A DNA stretch of 64,000 bases, from NCBI GenBank assembly GCA_965231005.1, contig OZ246405.1, forward strand, positions 167,204-231,203. Direction: 5' to 3'. Both the position numbers and the translations under genes were made by a program. This document shows positions 28,921 to 37,488 of this stretch, piece by piece; position 1 is the stretch's first letter; each line of letters starts with the position of its first letter. The notes beneath the pieces are model-generated. The model worked only from the letters and a program-made list of their open reading frames with translations. It was not told the DNA's origin and did no database searches. This stretch comes from an uncultured Gammaproteobacteria bacterium (GTDB lineage: Bacteria > Patescibacteriota > Patescibacteriia > Magasanikbacterales > UBA922).

Positions 28921-29469
28921 CTATCGCCGGAAGCCTTTGGCAGGGAAACCGTACGTAATTCCAGACGAGGGTGGATGCAACAGAGAATTGAGTGCATCTT
29001 GGTACACTGAATACCAAGGAAGTCTCCCTGGAGCCCCCTCGAAGAGGGTGTGAGTCACAAGATGGACATGACTCTTTTTCACCGACCGAACATGTACTCG
29101 AATCCTGATCCGAAGATCTGGCATTTGAACCAATGAAACGACTTTCCGATTCGACGTCTTGATGCAAATAGGCTTGTCCTTGACCATGATGACAGGAAGT
29201 GGACTGCCGTTGTGGGCGCAAAACACATACCCACGTTTTTCATTGCACCGAAAGTAGGTCCGCACGCGATGTCGAGCAATGTGAAGCGGTGGAAACACCA
29301 TATCTCTTGGGCTAGAAAACAAATCCTCACCAGTCGCGTCGCACCGAAAGCGGAAAACAACACGACCACCACCCACACGAACAGGGTCAAAGCCTTCTCG
29401 TGCGATTTTTCTGAATACTTGCTGCGGCATCCGATTTACAACTCCCATGACTGCGATAAGCTGACTCAT
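28921..29469 (-). CDS. GC-rich hypothetical protein (cassette G, 182 aa)
   Basis: SD is GGGGGTGAAAG directly before the ATG, the same spacer as cassettes A and F3. Confidence 0.5.
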   Translation of the reverse strand: MSQLIAVMGVVNRMPQQVFRKIAREGFDPVRVGGGRVVFRFRCDATGEDLFSSPRDMVFPPLHIARHRVRTYFRCNEKRGYVFCAHNGSPLPVIMVKDKPICIKTSNRKVVSLVQMPDLRIRIRVHVRSVKKSHVHLVTHTLFEGAPGRLPWYSVYQDALNSLLHPPSSGITYGFPAKGFRR

Positions 29470-29538
29470 CTTTCACCCCCTGTGGAAGAATTTTCGTTTG
29501 CGTCATATATTTATAGTTACATTATTAAAATAATCTGT

Positions 29539-29570
29539 CAAAAAAACCAAGCAAATAGCTCGGTTTTTTA
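29539..29570 (-). terminator. ileS terminator, abutting the cassette G promoter TTGACAG
   Basis: Minus strand AACCGAGC-tattt-GCTTGGTT followed by TTTTTTT. Confidence 0.6.
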
Positions 29571-29589
29571 TTAACTTTTGTTTGAAACA

Positions 29590-32481
29590 CTATTCCTTAC
29601 TAACTTTCAATGAAAGGCTTGAGTCATGAATCGTAATATCTTCTCCAACACTCTTACCTGATTCTTCAACGCGCTGACTTCTTGTCGACTTTGCAATATC
29701 ATCTCTATATTCTGCAAAAACATCTTTCACCAACTTGTCAGAGGAGTTCCATGTCAGTACACCACCGTCGTTGAGTGTTAATTTTTCTTCTTTTCTCATT
29801 TGATTTACAGCACGAATAATCTCTCGAGCCATGCCTTCTTTTTTCAATTCAGGAGATAGTGTAACATTCAGACCAATTTCTAAATCGTTCTCTTTTCTCG
29901 TTTTCCATTCTCCTTCTTTTGACATTTTTTTCTGCAACGTTTTTACGTTTAACTCATCTAAAATAAGGGATGCAAGACTGCTTGAAATTTTTTCATTTAC
30001 TGACAACGTTGCCAGTGGCTGACGAACACGAATACCAACTTCTTTTCTAACAGACATTCCTAGTTCAACAACTTTTCTGACCTGTTCCATTTCACGAATA
30101 GACTTGGCATTTTTCCAAGATTTTTCTGCTTCTGGCCACATATCAAGATGAACTGATTGTTCTTGTCCACCAACTTTTCTGTAAACATATTCAGCAATAA
30201 AAGGAGTAAATGGTGCCATGACCTTTGAGAGTGTCAACAATACTTCTTCGAGTGTTCCGAGTGCAGCTGCTTTATCTTTTTGATCATCAGATTTGAGTCT
30301 ATTTCTTGATCGACGAACATACCATTGCGAAAGATCTAAAATAAAATCTTGAATTGGACGCGCTGCTTCTGCAAGTCTGTACGCCTTCATTTCCTTTGTA
30401 ACAATATCAACAAGTTCATAGAGGCGTGCACGAATCCATACATCAAGATCATGTTTTGATTTACTTTCCTTGTCACCATCTTTAAACATTTCATAAAATG
30501 TTACAACATTGGAAAGTGTATTCATGTTTTTGTTAAACACCTCTCTCACACCTGTCTCAGAAAAATTCATACTTTCCATTGCCATGACTGGAGAACTAAG
30601 CAAGTAATATCGGAGTGCATCTGCTCCATATGTTTCAATCATTTTCATTGGATCTGGATAGTTCTGTAACTTCTTACTCATTTTCTTTCCATCCTCTGCA
30701 AGAACAATCCCGTTCACAATAACATTTTTAAATGCATTTGATTTCTTTATTCCTGTTCCAATAATGTGCAGATAATAAAACCACGCACGTGTTTGGTCTT
30801 GCGCTTCTGCAATAAATTCTGCAGGAAAACCAGCATCAAATTTTTCTTTATCTTTAAATGGATAATGAACCTGCGCATATGGCATTGACCCAGAATCAAA
30901 CCATGTATCAAGCACATCTGGAATTCGTGACATTGTTTCATTACACGAAGGACATGAAAATGTAACCTTATCCATTGTATGTTTGTGTAAATCATCTATC
31001 TTCAAACCTGATAATGATTCTAGTTCTTTAACCGAACCTACAACAACATAGTCACATTCTTTTTCTTTCTTATTTGAACATTCCCAAACTGGCATGACAG
31101 ATGCCCAAAAACGCTGCCGAGAAATAGACCAATCTCGGGCGCCTTCTAACCAGTTTCCAAATCTGCCTTCTTTTACATGTGCTGGTGACCAGTTAATATT
31201 CTTTGCTTGTTTTAATGCTTCTTTTTTAATTTCTGTCACATGTACAAACCAAGAAGATGTTGCATAATTTAATAATGGTGTGTCACAACGCCAACAATGA
31301 GGATAGCTATGTTCATATTTTTTCTTTGCAAACAATTTTCCATTATGCGCAAGCCATTTAATAATTTTAACATCGGTCGCCATATGATCATCTGACGGTT
31401 TTACGTGGTCGCCAGCAAAATCTGTAACATCATCTGTAAATGTTCCATTCATTTTTACATGTTGGATAAATGGTACACCTTCTTGTTTAAAAATTTCATA
31501 ATCATCACTCCCAAAAGCAGGAGCAAGATGTACAACACCTGTTCCCTCTTCTGTTGTTACAAAGTCTGCATGCAGAATACGAAATGATTTTTCACTCTCT
31601 GCAAAATATGGAAATAATGGTTCGTATTCTAAATCGATGAGTTCTTTTCCTTTTTTGTTATCAATTACTTCAAATTCTTTACCCTCAAAATTTGCCATAA
31701 GCAAATCTTTTGCAAGAATATAATGTGCATTTTCAAATTTTACAATGACATAGTCTATATCTTTTCCAACAGCAAGAAGTACATTGCCAGGAAGTGTCCA
31801 CGGTGTTGTTGTCCATGCAAGAACATACACATCTCCTTCAACATCAAGTCCTTCTGGATTTGTGATTTTAAACTGAGCAGTAACTGAAATATCTTTTACA
31901 TCTTTATATCCTTCACTTACCTCTTGCTGAGAAAGTGTTGTCTCACAACGAGGACAAATATGCATTGGTTTGTATCCTTGATAAATCAAATCCTTTTCCC
32001 AAAGTTCTTTAAACACCCACCAAACTGATTCCATATAATCCTTGTCCATTGTCCAGTATGCATTTTCCATATCTACCCAACGACCATATCGCTTAATCAC
32101 CTTTGCCCATTCTGTTGCATATGCATCAACTTTTGAGCGACAAAGATTGTTGAACTTTTCAACACCCATTTTTTCAATATCTTGTTTACTTTTTGTTCCA
32201 AGTTCTTTTTCAACAATATTTTCAATTGGCAATCCATGACAATCCCAACCCCAAACACGTTCAACACGTTTTCCATTCATTGTCCAAAATCTTGGGACTG
32301 TATCTTTCATCACACTTGGAACAAGATGCCCATAATGAGGAAGACCTGTAGCAAATGGTGGACCATCATAAAAAACATACGGCTCATCTTCTGGACGTTG
32401 TTCAACTGATTTTTCAAATGCATGAATGTCTTCCCAATATTTGAGAATTTCTTTTTCATGCTTATCTGCTAAATACGGCAT
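29590..32481 (-). CDS. ileS: Isoleucyl-tRNA synthetase
   Basis: HYGH and KMSKK class I motifs, editing domain, and C-terminal zinc-binding cysteines. About 963 aa from the MPYLADK start. Confidence 0.95.
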   Translation of the reverse strand: MPYLADKHEKEILKYWEDIHAFEKSVEQRPEDEPYVFYDGPPFATGLPHYGHLVPSVMKDTVPRFWTMNGKRVERVWGWDCHGLPIENIVEKELGTKSKQDIEKMGVEKFNNLCRSKVDAYATEWAKVIKRYGRWVDMENAYWTMDKDYMESVWWVFKELWEKDLIYQGYKPMHICPRCETTLSQQEVSEGYKDVKDISVTAQFKITNPEGLDVEGDVYVLAWTTTPWTLPGNVLLAVGKDIDYVIVKFENAHYILAKDLLMANFEGKEFEVIDNKKGKELIDLEYEPLFPYFAESEKSFRILHADFVTTEEGTGVVHLAPAFGSDDYEIFKQEGVPFIQHVKMNGTFTDDVTDFAGDHVKPSDDHMATDVKIIKWLAHNGKLFAKKKYEHSYPHCWRCDTPLLNYATSSWFVHVTEIKKEALKQAKNINWSPAHVKEGRFGNWLEGARDWSISRQRFWASVMPVWECSNKKEKECDYVVVGSVKELESLSGLKIDDLHKHTMDKVTFSCPSCNETMSRIPDVLDTWFDSGSMPYAQVHYPFKDKEKFDAGFPAEFIAEAQDQTRAWFYYLHIIGTGIKKSNAFKNVIVNGIVLAEDGKKMSKKLQNYPDPMKMIETYGADALRYYLLSSPVMAMESMNFSETGVREVFNKNMNTLSNVVTFYEMFKDGDKESKSKHDLDVWIRARLYELVDIVTKEMKAYRLAEAARPIQDFILDLSQWYVRRSRNRLKSDDQKDKAAALGTLEEVLLTLSKVMAPFTPFIAEYVYRKVGGQEQSVHLDMWPEAEKSWKNAKSIREMEQVRKVVELGMSVRKEVGIRVRQPLATLSVNEKISSSLASLILDELNVKTLQKKMSKEGEWKTRKENDLEIGLNVTLSPELKKEGMAREIIRAVNQMRKEEKLTLNDGGVLTWNSSDKLVKDVFAEYRDDIAKSTRSQRVEESGKSVGEDITIHDSSLSLKVSKE

Positions 32482-32488
32482 AAATAAA

Positions 32489-32644
32489 AAACAATTAACA
32501 ATTAACAATTAACAATCCACCTAGGACTTGATAATCGTTAATTGCTGTTTGGTAATCGTTACCTATCGTATGTTTTTTTTGCTTAGTTGTCAAGTTTTTT
32601 TGATTCAAAAAATTTGTTAATTGTTTTTTGTTAATTGCTAATTG
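32489..32644. repeat. MITE-like element copy C, with inverted TTGTTAATTG arrays bounding about 100 bp
   Basis: Left arm is (AACAATT)x4 and right arm is TTTGTTAATTGTTTTTTGTTAATTGCTAATTG. It has an internal 9-bp direct repeat TAATCGTTA. The right arm abuts the island E terminator module. Confidence 0.55.
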
Positions 32645-32645
32645 T

Positions 32646-32689
32646 AAAAAGAAAAAGCCCCGTACGTAAACGCCGTGACTCTTCCTCCC
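32646..32689 (-). terminator. Repeated 44-bp terminator module, copy 1, 3' of the UPRT-like gene
   Basis: AAAAAGAAAAAGCCCCGTACGTAAACGCCGTGACTCTTCCTCC, near-identical to 34839-34882. Confidence 0.5.
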
Positions 32690-32721
32690 TTTTGTTTGTT
32701 ATAGACAGGTGGACACACAGC

Positions 32722-33570
32722 CTACTTCTTGGTTCCGTGCAGGCGCTCACCCACACCACCAGCACCAGGCACGATGTAGTGGATGTCGTTGAGTCCAGAC
32801 TCTTCGTCCCAGCGTTCACCGGGCACACAGTTGAGCACGTCTGTTGGGCTCATGCCACGGTCGATTCGACCGGCAAAGATGTGAACGTCTGGATGATCGG
32901 TCGACATCTTGCGGATGAACTCAGGCGTGACGATGAGACACATGACAACGAACGTGGCACCGAATCCACTATACTTCTGCTTGTACAGCGTGACCGCATC
33001 ACTCATGGACCCACCAGTTGCGCCCATGGGGTCTGGAATGAGAACGAGCTTGCCAGCCACATCACCGTCGATCTTGTCAGCCGGGCACTCAACATGCGTC
33101 ACAGCACCAGTTGTCTTGTGGGCCATGCGCTGCATCATGAGAACATCCATGCGCACGCACGCATCACCGAAAGTGGTCGTGAGGATCTCCTGCAGCCTGT
33201 AGCTTGGAATTCCACCAGCGCGCATCACATTTGCAATGACGATTCCACCGGCAGGCGGCTGGATGATCGGACAGGTGAACACTGCCTTGTCTCCAACCAA
33301 CTCATGCATCGGCGTAGTCACAGAAACCGACTTCTGATGAAAAATGGTACGGTCTTCAACCACTGCCTTCATGAGCTGAGAATAGGCTCCTCTCACCAAG
33401 TCGCCAAGCCGCGGCATGACCGCATCCTCACTGGACATTTCCGCGAGCATTCGGAACAGGTAGGGAGATGCAGGAACCCGCAACGAACCCCCACCTTCCC
33501 AATGGTACTGATGAGGGATGTCATCCAGATTGATGTCAAAATACAAATCCCAATGTGGATCTCTGTGCAT
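32722..33570 (-). CDS. GC-rich uracil phosphoribosyltransferase-like protein with a roughly 75-aa N-terminal extension (island E, gene 5)
   Basis: VLIPDPMGATGGSM aligns with Upp ALIVDPMLATGGS. YIVPGAGGVGERLHGTKK aligns with YIIPGLGDAGDKIFGTK. Confidence 0.7.
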   Translation of the reverse strand: MHRDPHWDLYFDINLDDIPHQYHWEGGGSLRVPASPYLFRMLAEMSSEDAVMPRLGDLVRGAYSQLMKAVVEDRTIFHQKSVSVTTPMHELVGDKAVFTCPIIQPPAGGIVIANVMRAGGIPSYRLQEILTTTFGDACVRMDVLMMQRMAHKTTGAVTHVECPADKIDGDVAGKLVLIPDPMGATGGSMSDAVTLYKQKYSGFGATFVVMCLIVTPEFIRKMSTDHPDVHIFAGRIDRGMSPTDVLNCVPGERWDEESGLNDIHYIVPGAGGVGERLHGTKK

Positions 33571-33614
33571 GTCTATCTCCCTACCACTGTTGAATGTGGT
33601 TTCGTTCTGGAAAG

Positions 33615-33643
33615 AGACTATCAAAAAAAATACATCACGTCAA
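33615..33643 (-). promoter_or_regulatory. Internal promoter for the UPRT-like gene
   Basis: TTGACG, 17-bp spacer, TAGTCT. Confidence 0.4.
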
Positions 33644-33653
33644 CGTATTCCTT

Positions 33654-33691
33654 AAAACAGAAAACCTCCACCCGACACTGTCGAATGGAGG
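33654..33691 (-). terminator. Attenuator-like hairpin between the MTAP-like and UPRT-like genes
   Basis: Minus strand CCTCCATTCGACA-gtg-TCGGGTGGAGG followed by TTTTCTGTTTT. Confidence 0.45.
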
Positions 33692-33721
33692 CTTCCTCCT
33701 TGTTGAGTTCTTGTGTTATGC

Positions 33722-34720
33722 CTACTTCCCCCCGAGCAGATGAAACAGCCAGGGCAGGAACCGTTGCAAATACACACGCTTGACCTTGCCGATCTTGGTG
33801 TGAAGACCGATCTGTGGTGCGTCTGCGCAGTAGCACGAAGCTTCGCTCTGAGCAGCCAGGTATGCAGCAGCTGCAGGACCTTGGAAGAACGCATCGAGAA
33901 GCAGGAACAAGGTCTTCTTGCACGTGCCCACGTTCTTGATGATCACAGTCAGATCGACTTCTTCATCAGACCATGCATCCTCATCGACAGGAAGCGCGAT
34001 CGGAACGTAGTGCAGCCCTGCATCACGTGAGAGCTTTGCCTCTGGAGCTGTGGTCATGCCGATGATGCCGATGTAACCGACAAGCTCGAGCAGCTTCTGA
34101 TGAAGGAGCGACTCCAACCTGGTCGAGAACTGCGGACCTTCCATGCAGACATAGCCAACAGGCAGGTCACCAGTGTAGAACAGGTCCTCGTACCCATCGA
34201 GTTGCTTGGCAGTCTCGAGAAGTGCAGCAGAGAGTGCATTGCAGAATGGATCTGCAAACTTCACATGAACAGCACACTCGCCCTCGTCGTAAAAGGTCGT
34301 CTTGCGTTTCGTGGTTTTGTCCCACAGTTGATGCGGCAAAACCGGCTTGCCCGGCTCGATGTCTCCGCTCAGTGAGCCCACGGTTGTTGGCGCGAGCACA
34401 TTCATCGTCAGCATGCGAAGTGCAAAGATGTTCGCCCGATTCGGGATCACAGTCGGAATCGTCTTGTGATAGTTGTCATGGCGCTCGATCACTGCGACAA
34501 TGATTTTTGAGCCTCGCCACGTACCAACGGAGATGTCAGAAGATGGCTTGCCAAACGGAGTGTCCGGATCGTTTAGAACAGTGACGTCCTCGAGCACCTC
34601 TGTGACATCGATGCCCGTTGGACAAAAAAGCGCAAAGTCTGCAGGCAGCAGTTCTTGCAGCTTGGGCCAGGGGAAAAACGTACCTTCGATCGTTGCTCCA
34701 CCGATAGATCTGAAAATCAT
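33722..34720 (-). CDS. GC-rich 5'-methylthioadenosine / purine nucleoside phosphorylase family protein (MTAP-like; island E, gene 4)
   Basis: DTPFGKPS, ANIFAL, PFC, LLETAKQL, CMEGPQFSTRLES, GMTTAPE and VDEDAW align with MTAP. Confidence 0.8.
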   Translation of the reverse strand: MIFRSIGGATIEGTFFPWPKLQELLPADFALFCPTGIDVTEVLEDVTVLNDPDTPFGKPSSDISVGTWRGSKIIVAVIERHDNYHKTIPTVIPNRANIFALRMLTMNVLAPTTVGSLSGDIEPGKPVLPHQLWDKTTKRKTTFYDEGECAVHVKFADPFCNALSAALLETAKQLDGYEDLFYTGDLPVGYVCMEGPQFSTRLESLLHQKLLELVGYIGIIGMTTAPEAKLSRDAGLHYVPIALPVDEDAWSDEEVDLTVIIKNVGTCKKTLFLLLDAFFQGPAAAAYLAAQSEASCYCADAPQIGLHTKIGKVKRVYLQRFLPWLFHLLGGK

Positions 34721-34802
34721 GTTGCCCTCCCAGCAGCATTTGCTGCAAATGAGCGTTCAAGTTCTTTAGACACAAAAAAAGCGTCCTAAACGACTGTAGC
34801 CG

Positions 34803-34831
34803 AGATTTAGATAAATGTCAACATTATTGAA
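34803..34831 (-). promoter_or_regulatory. Promoter for the MTAP-like gene
   Basis: TTGACA, 17-bp spacer, TACAGT. SD is GGGAGGG. Confidence 0.5.
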
Positions 34832-34838
34832 AAAGAAA

Positions 34839-34882
34839 AAGCCCCGTGCATAAACGCCGTGGCTCTTCCTCCTTGATTCTGT
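34839..34882 (-). terminator. Repeated 44-bp terminator module, copy 2
   Basis: GAAAAAGAAAAAGCCCCGTGCATAAACGCCGTGGCTCTTCCTCC. Confidence 0.5.
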
Positions 34883-34887
34883 AATTG

Positions 34888-36666
34888 TTATGCTGCAATG
34901 AGATCTGCTACTGTGACTGGCTTTGGCTCGCCAGGAGCAAGCAGCTTATGCCACTTACGCTCTATAGCTTCAGTCCAAGAAAAAATAAGCGGACACCCTT
35001 CTTCACTCGAGGCTCTAACTCCGATGACTAGACCGTCCTGCCTCATCCGAGAAAGAAACAGATCCAGTGCCAGTCTGGTCGGGAATTCTTTGGTCGGTCC
35101 GACAAACTCCTCTTCGAAATCACTTGCGAGAAAGTCTTTTCCTTCTGACCAGATGAAAATGAGCATCCTGCGGAACTCAACAAGTTCCTTGGGGTTCAGC
35201 TTGATGCAATGACTTATAACGTGTCGGACTTGGTGCTGCGGAAAATGCGGAAGACCTGGCAGCTTTTCTGCGAGCTTTGCTGTCCATGAGTAGGACTTAA
35301 CTTTTCTTTCGTTTTGTCTCACGTCTACTGACGTAAGGAATCCATACTCACAAGCCATATCAATGGATCTCTCCAGACTGACCACGGTTTTGAATTCCTT
35401 ATCCTCTCCAACCAAGTAGTCTTTGACATCACCTAGTGTGAACGGAAGTCCACACGAGCAGATGTACATAAGCCGGAGACGGGTAAGCCATGAATCGTAA
35501 TAGACTGTGTACTCAGGCAAAAGCCAGTTCGCAAGTTTTTGAACAAGTCTAGACTTTGTTTCGCCTTGCGAGCGAAAACTATCAAGCACATGTCCGTACA
35601 TCTTACGAGCTTTCTTCGTCCAATAGTAACGAAATGTACTGGAGTAGTTTTGTGCTTTCTTCGTTGTGACCATCCCACGTCTCTTCAGGAGATTGGTGAA
35701 ATTCTTGAGCTGGCTAAAGGTTCGGAACATCTTGTCCGGACCGACAACACAGTTAGCAATACCACGACGGAGAAATGGATTCCCGTACGAAGCCAAAAAG
35801 AGAAAGAGTCCTCGTCGGTACACCTGAGCTTCTGGCCCACCATGTACCAAATCTGAGTAAACATCGTCTCTGAGGCTTGCAGTGAGAATATCCCACGTCT
35901 CTCTTGAACTGAGCAGTGCTGCAAATGTTTCTAAGAGCTTGTTCTTTCCTGCTTCGGTCCAATCATATGTGGCCCTGGTCGAACTTTGAACAACTTCAAG
36001 CGAGCCATCGTAGACCATAAAATCAAGAAGCTCTCGGACAGGATGAGGGCCAATGAATTCGTCCCTGGTGCCAAAGAAAAATGTCTTGATTTCGTGACCG
36101 AAAAACCGGAGACCGAGCGTTCGAAGGAACACCACTGCTTGCTTCTGCTCAAGAGAAAGAGCGTTGAATGCATCTTCTCGAGCAGCTCTGTTTGCAAGTT
36201 CTGTTCTTCTTTGATTTCGCTCCCGCCTCTCACGAAGCCTTTCTCGGGCGAGAAATCGCTGACGAGCCCTTTCTTGTTCCTTCAGTTCAGCACGTGTAAG
36301 TCGACGCCTTTCTGGACGGCTTGATCTTGTCCGAACCTGACGTATACGCTTGCGCACCACCTTTGCTGGCTCAGGCTTTGACTGAGCGACAAAGTCAGCA
36401 TATCGCTGGAATTCACCTTCTTCCCAACTAGGAACCACGCGAGTGAAAGAGAAGAAGAACTCACGTCCTTTGTTCCGCGTCCCAATCCTACTCGCAAGCA
36501 TCTTCCCAGTTCCAGAATTTCTCAGTAAATGGGTTACAACATCGTCTTCGCACTCAAACGGACATCCGTCATCTTTGACGTGCGCGACCACAAACGACAG
36601 AGGAAATTCTTTCATCCCTCTGGTCAGCAGCCACACCCAGTGCAAATATGTAATTTGCCTTTGCAT
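34888..36666 (-). CDS. GC-rich hypothetical 592-aa protein with an Arg-rich coiled segment (island E, gene 3)
   Basis: Start at MQRQITYLH with SD GGAGGTG. No domain recognised. Confidence 0.55.
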   Translation of the reverse strand: MQRQITYLHWVWLLTRGMKEFPLSFVVAHVKDDGCPFECEDDVVTHLLRNSGTGKMLASRIGTRNKGREFFFSFTRVVPSWEEGEFQRYADFVAQSKPEPAKVVRKRIRQVRTRSSRPERRRLTRAELKEQERARQRFLARERLRERRERNQRRTELANRAAREDAFNALSLEQKQAVVFLRTLGLRFFGHEIKTFFFGTRDEFIGPHPVRELLDFMVYDGSLEVVQSSTRATYDWTEAGKNKLLETFAALLSSRETWDILTASLRDDVYSDLVHGGPEAQVYRRGLFLFLASYGNPFLRRGIANCVVGPDKMFRTFSQLKNFTNLLKRRGMVTTKKAQNYSSTFRYYWTKKARKMYGHVLDSFRSQGETKSRLVQKLANWLLPEYTVYYDSWLTRLRLMYICSCGLPFTLGDVKDYLVGEDKEFKTVVSLERSIDMACEYGFLTSVDVRQNERKVKSYSWTAKLAEKLPGLPHFPQHQVRHVISHCIKLNPKELVEFRRMLIFIWSEGKDFLASDFEEEFVGPTKEFPTRLALDLFLSRMRQDGLVIGVRASSEEGCPLIFSWTEAIERKWHKLLAPGEPKPVTVADLIAA

Positions 36667-36712
36667 GATCCACCTCCAATAGGATGGTTGGTTAATGTAG
36701 AGAGCAAGATAA

Positions 36713-36741
36713 AAATTACCAGAAAAATTGATAGTGGTCAA
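36713..36741 (-). promoter_or_regulatory. Candidate internal promoter for gene 3
   Basis: TTGACC, 17-bp spacer, TAATTT. Preceded by the hairpin CTCCCCCGAC/GTCGGAGGAG at 36769-36790. Confidence 0.35.
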
Positions 36742-36841
36742 CCTTTGATACTCTCACAAAGTTGAAACTCCCCCGACGATGTCGGAGGAGTGTCTTGTTG
36801 ACCAACCGCCGTCAAATGACAGAGATTGATACTTGAATTTT

Positions 36842-37300
36842 TCAGCTTGAATTAATTGGCTGATTTACCAACCAATCATAATGACCGCGACTGATGCGAA
36901 CGAACATCGGATTGTTTGAACGAGTTCGCCAACTGGCGTAAGCGATAGCACTTCTTCTTGTCTTGAATGGACAGTCTGGACTATCAATCAGGTGTTGAAG
37001 ACATGTATCTTTTATGGAAAATGGGCGGCCGCATGTCACATTCCAAAACCATTGGTCAGCTTCAGTCATTCCATCTGGCTCGGATCTGTTGAGCCAGTGA
37101 TAGAAGTTACCACCACGGATTTCGAGCAGTCTCATCCATTTGAGATCATCAATGACCTCCAGGACGATCCGCACTGACGGAAACTGCGTTCCTTTTCCAA
37201 CCTTCTCAACAACGTGCGCCGAGTGGAATCGAATTGGAAACGTTTCGCGTAGCCATTTCTGAATTTCAAGCTTTCTTGGAGTAATTGTTCTGTGTTCCAT
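36842..37300 (-). CDS. GC-rich hypothetical 152-aa protein with a possible Cys/His metal site (island E, gene 2)
   Basis: Start at MEHRTITPRK with SD AAGGGGGTG. The C/H spacing (CGRPF..CLQHLIDSPDC) hints at a metal site. Confidence 0.5.
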   Translation of the reverse strand: MEHRTITPRKLEIQKWLRETFPIRFHSAHVVEKVGKGTQFPSVRIVLEVIDDLKWMRLLEIRGGNFYHWLNRSEPDGMTEADQWFWNVTCGRPFSIKDTCLQHLIDSPDCPFKTRRSAIAYASWRTRSNNPMFVRISRGHYDWLVNQPINSS

Positions 37301-37488
37301 ACCAACACCCCCTTGTTTTGTTGGTGGTTGCAACAGACGTAGAGTCAAAGAGCGATAACTGACCCTATCATGATGCATCTTTCCTGTCAATGCAAATGAA
37401 AAAGCGCCTAGCGGTCTGTCGACCAGCTAAACGCTTTTTTTCCTTGCCCGGCTTGGAAACCGAACCCCTGTGTCTTGTGTTGTACTGA

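Noticed and set aside
36842-37390. Longer 182-aa form of island E gene 2 and longer forms of E3 (to 36741), E5 (to 33624), F1 (to 57285), F4 (to 55482) and F5 (to 54004) as given by the ORF track
   Set aside because: Those track starts are TTG/GTG or unsupported ATGs. In each case an internal ATG preceded by a GGAGG-type SD at 4-8 nt gives a better start. Coordinates were trimmed accordingly.
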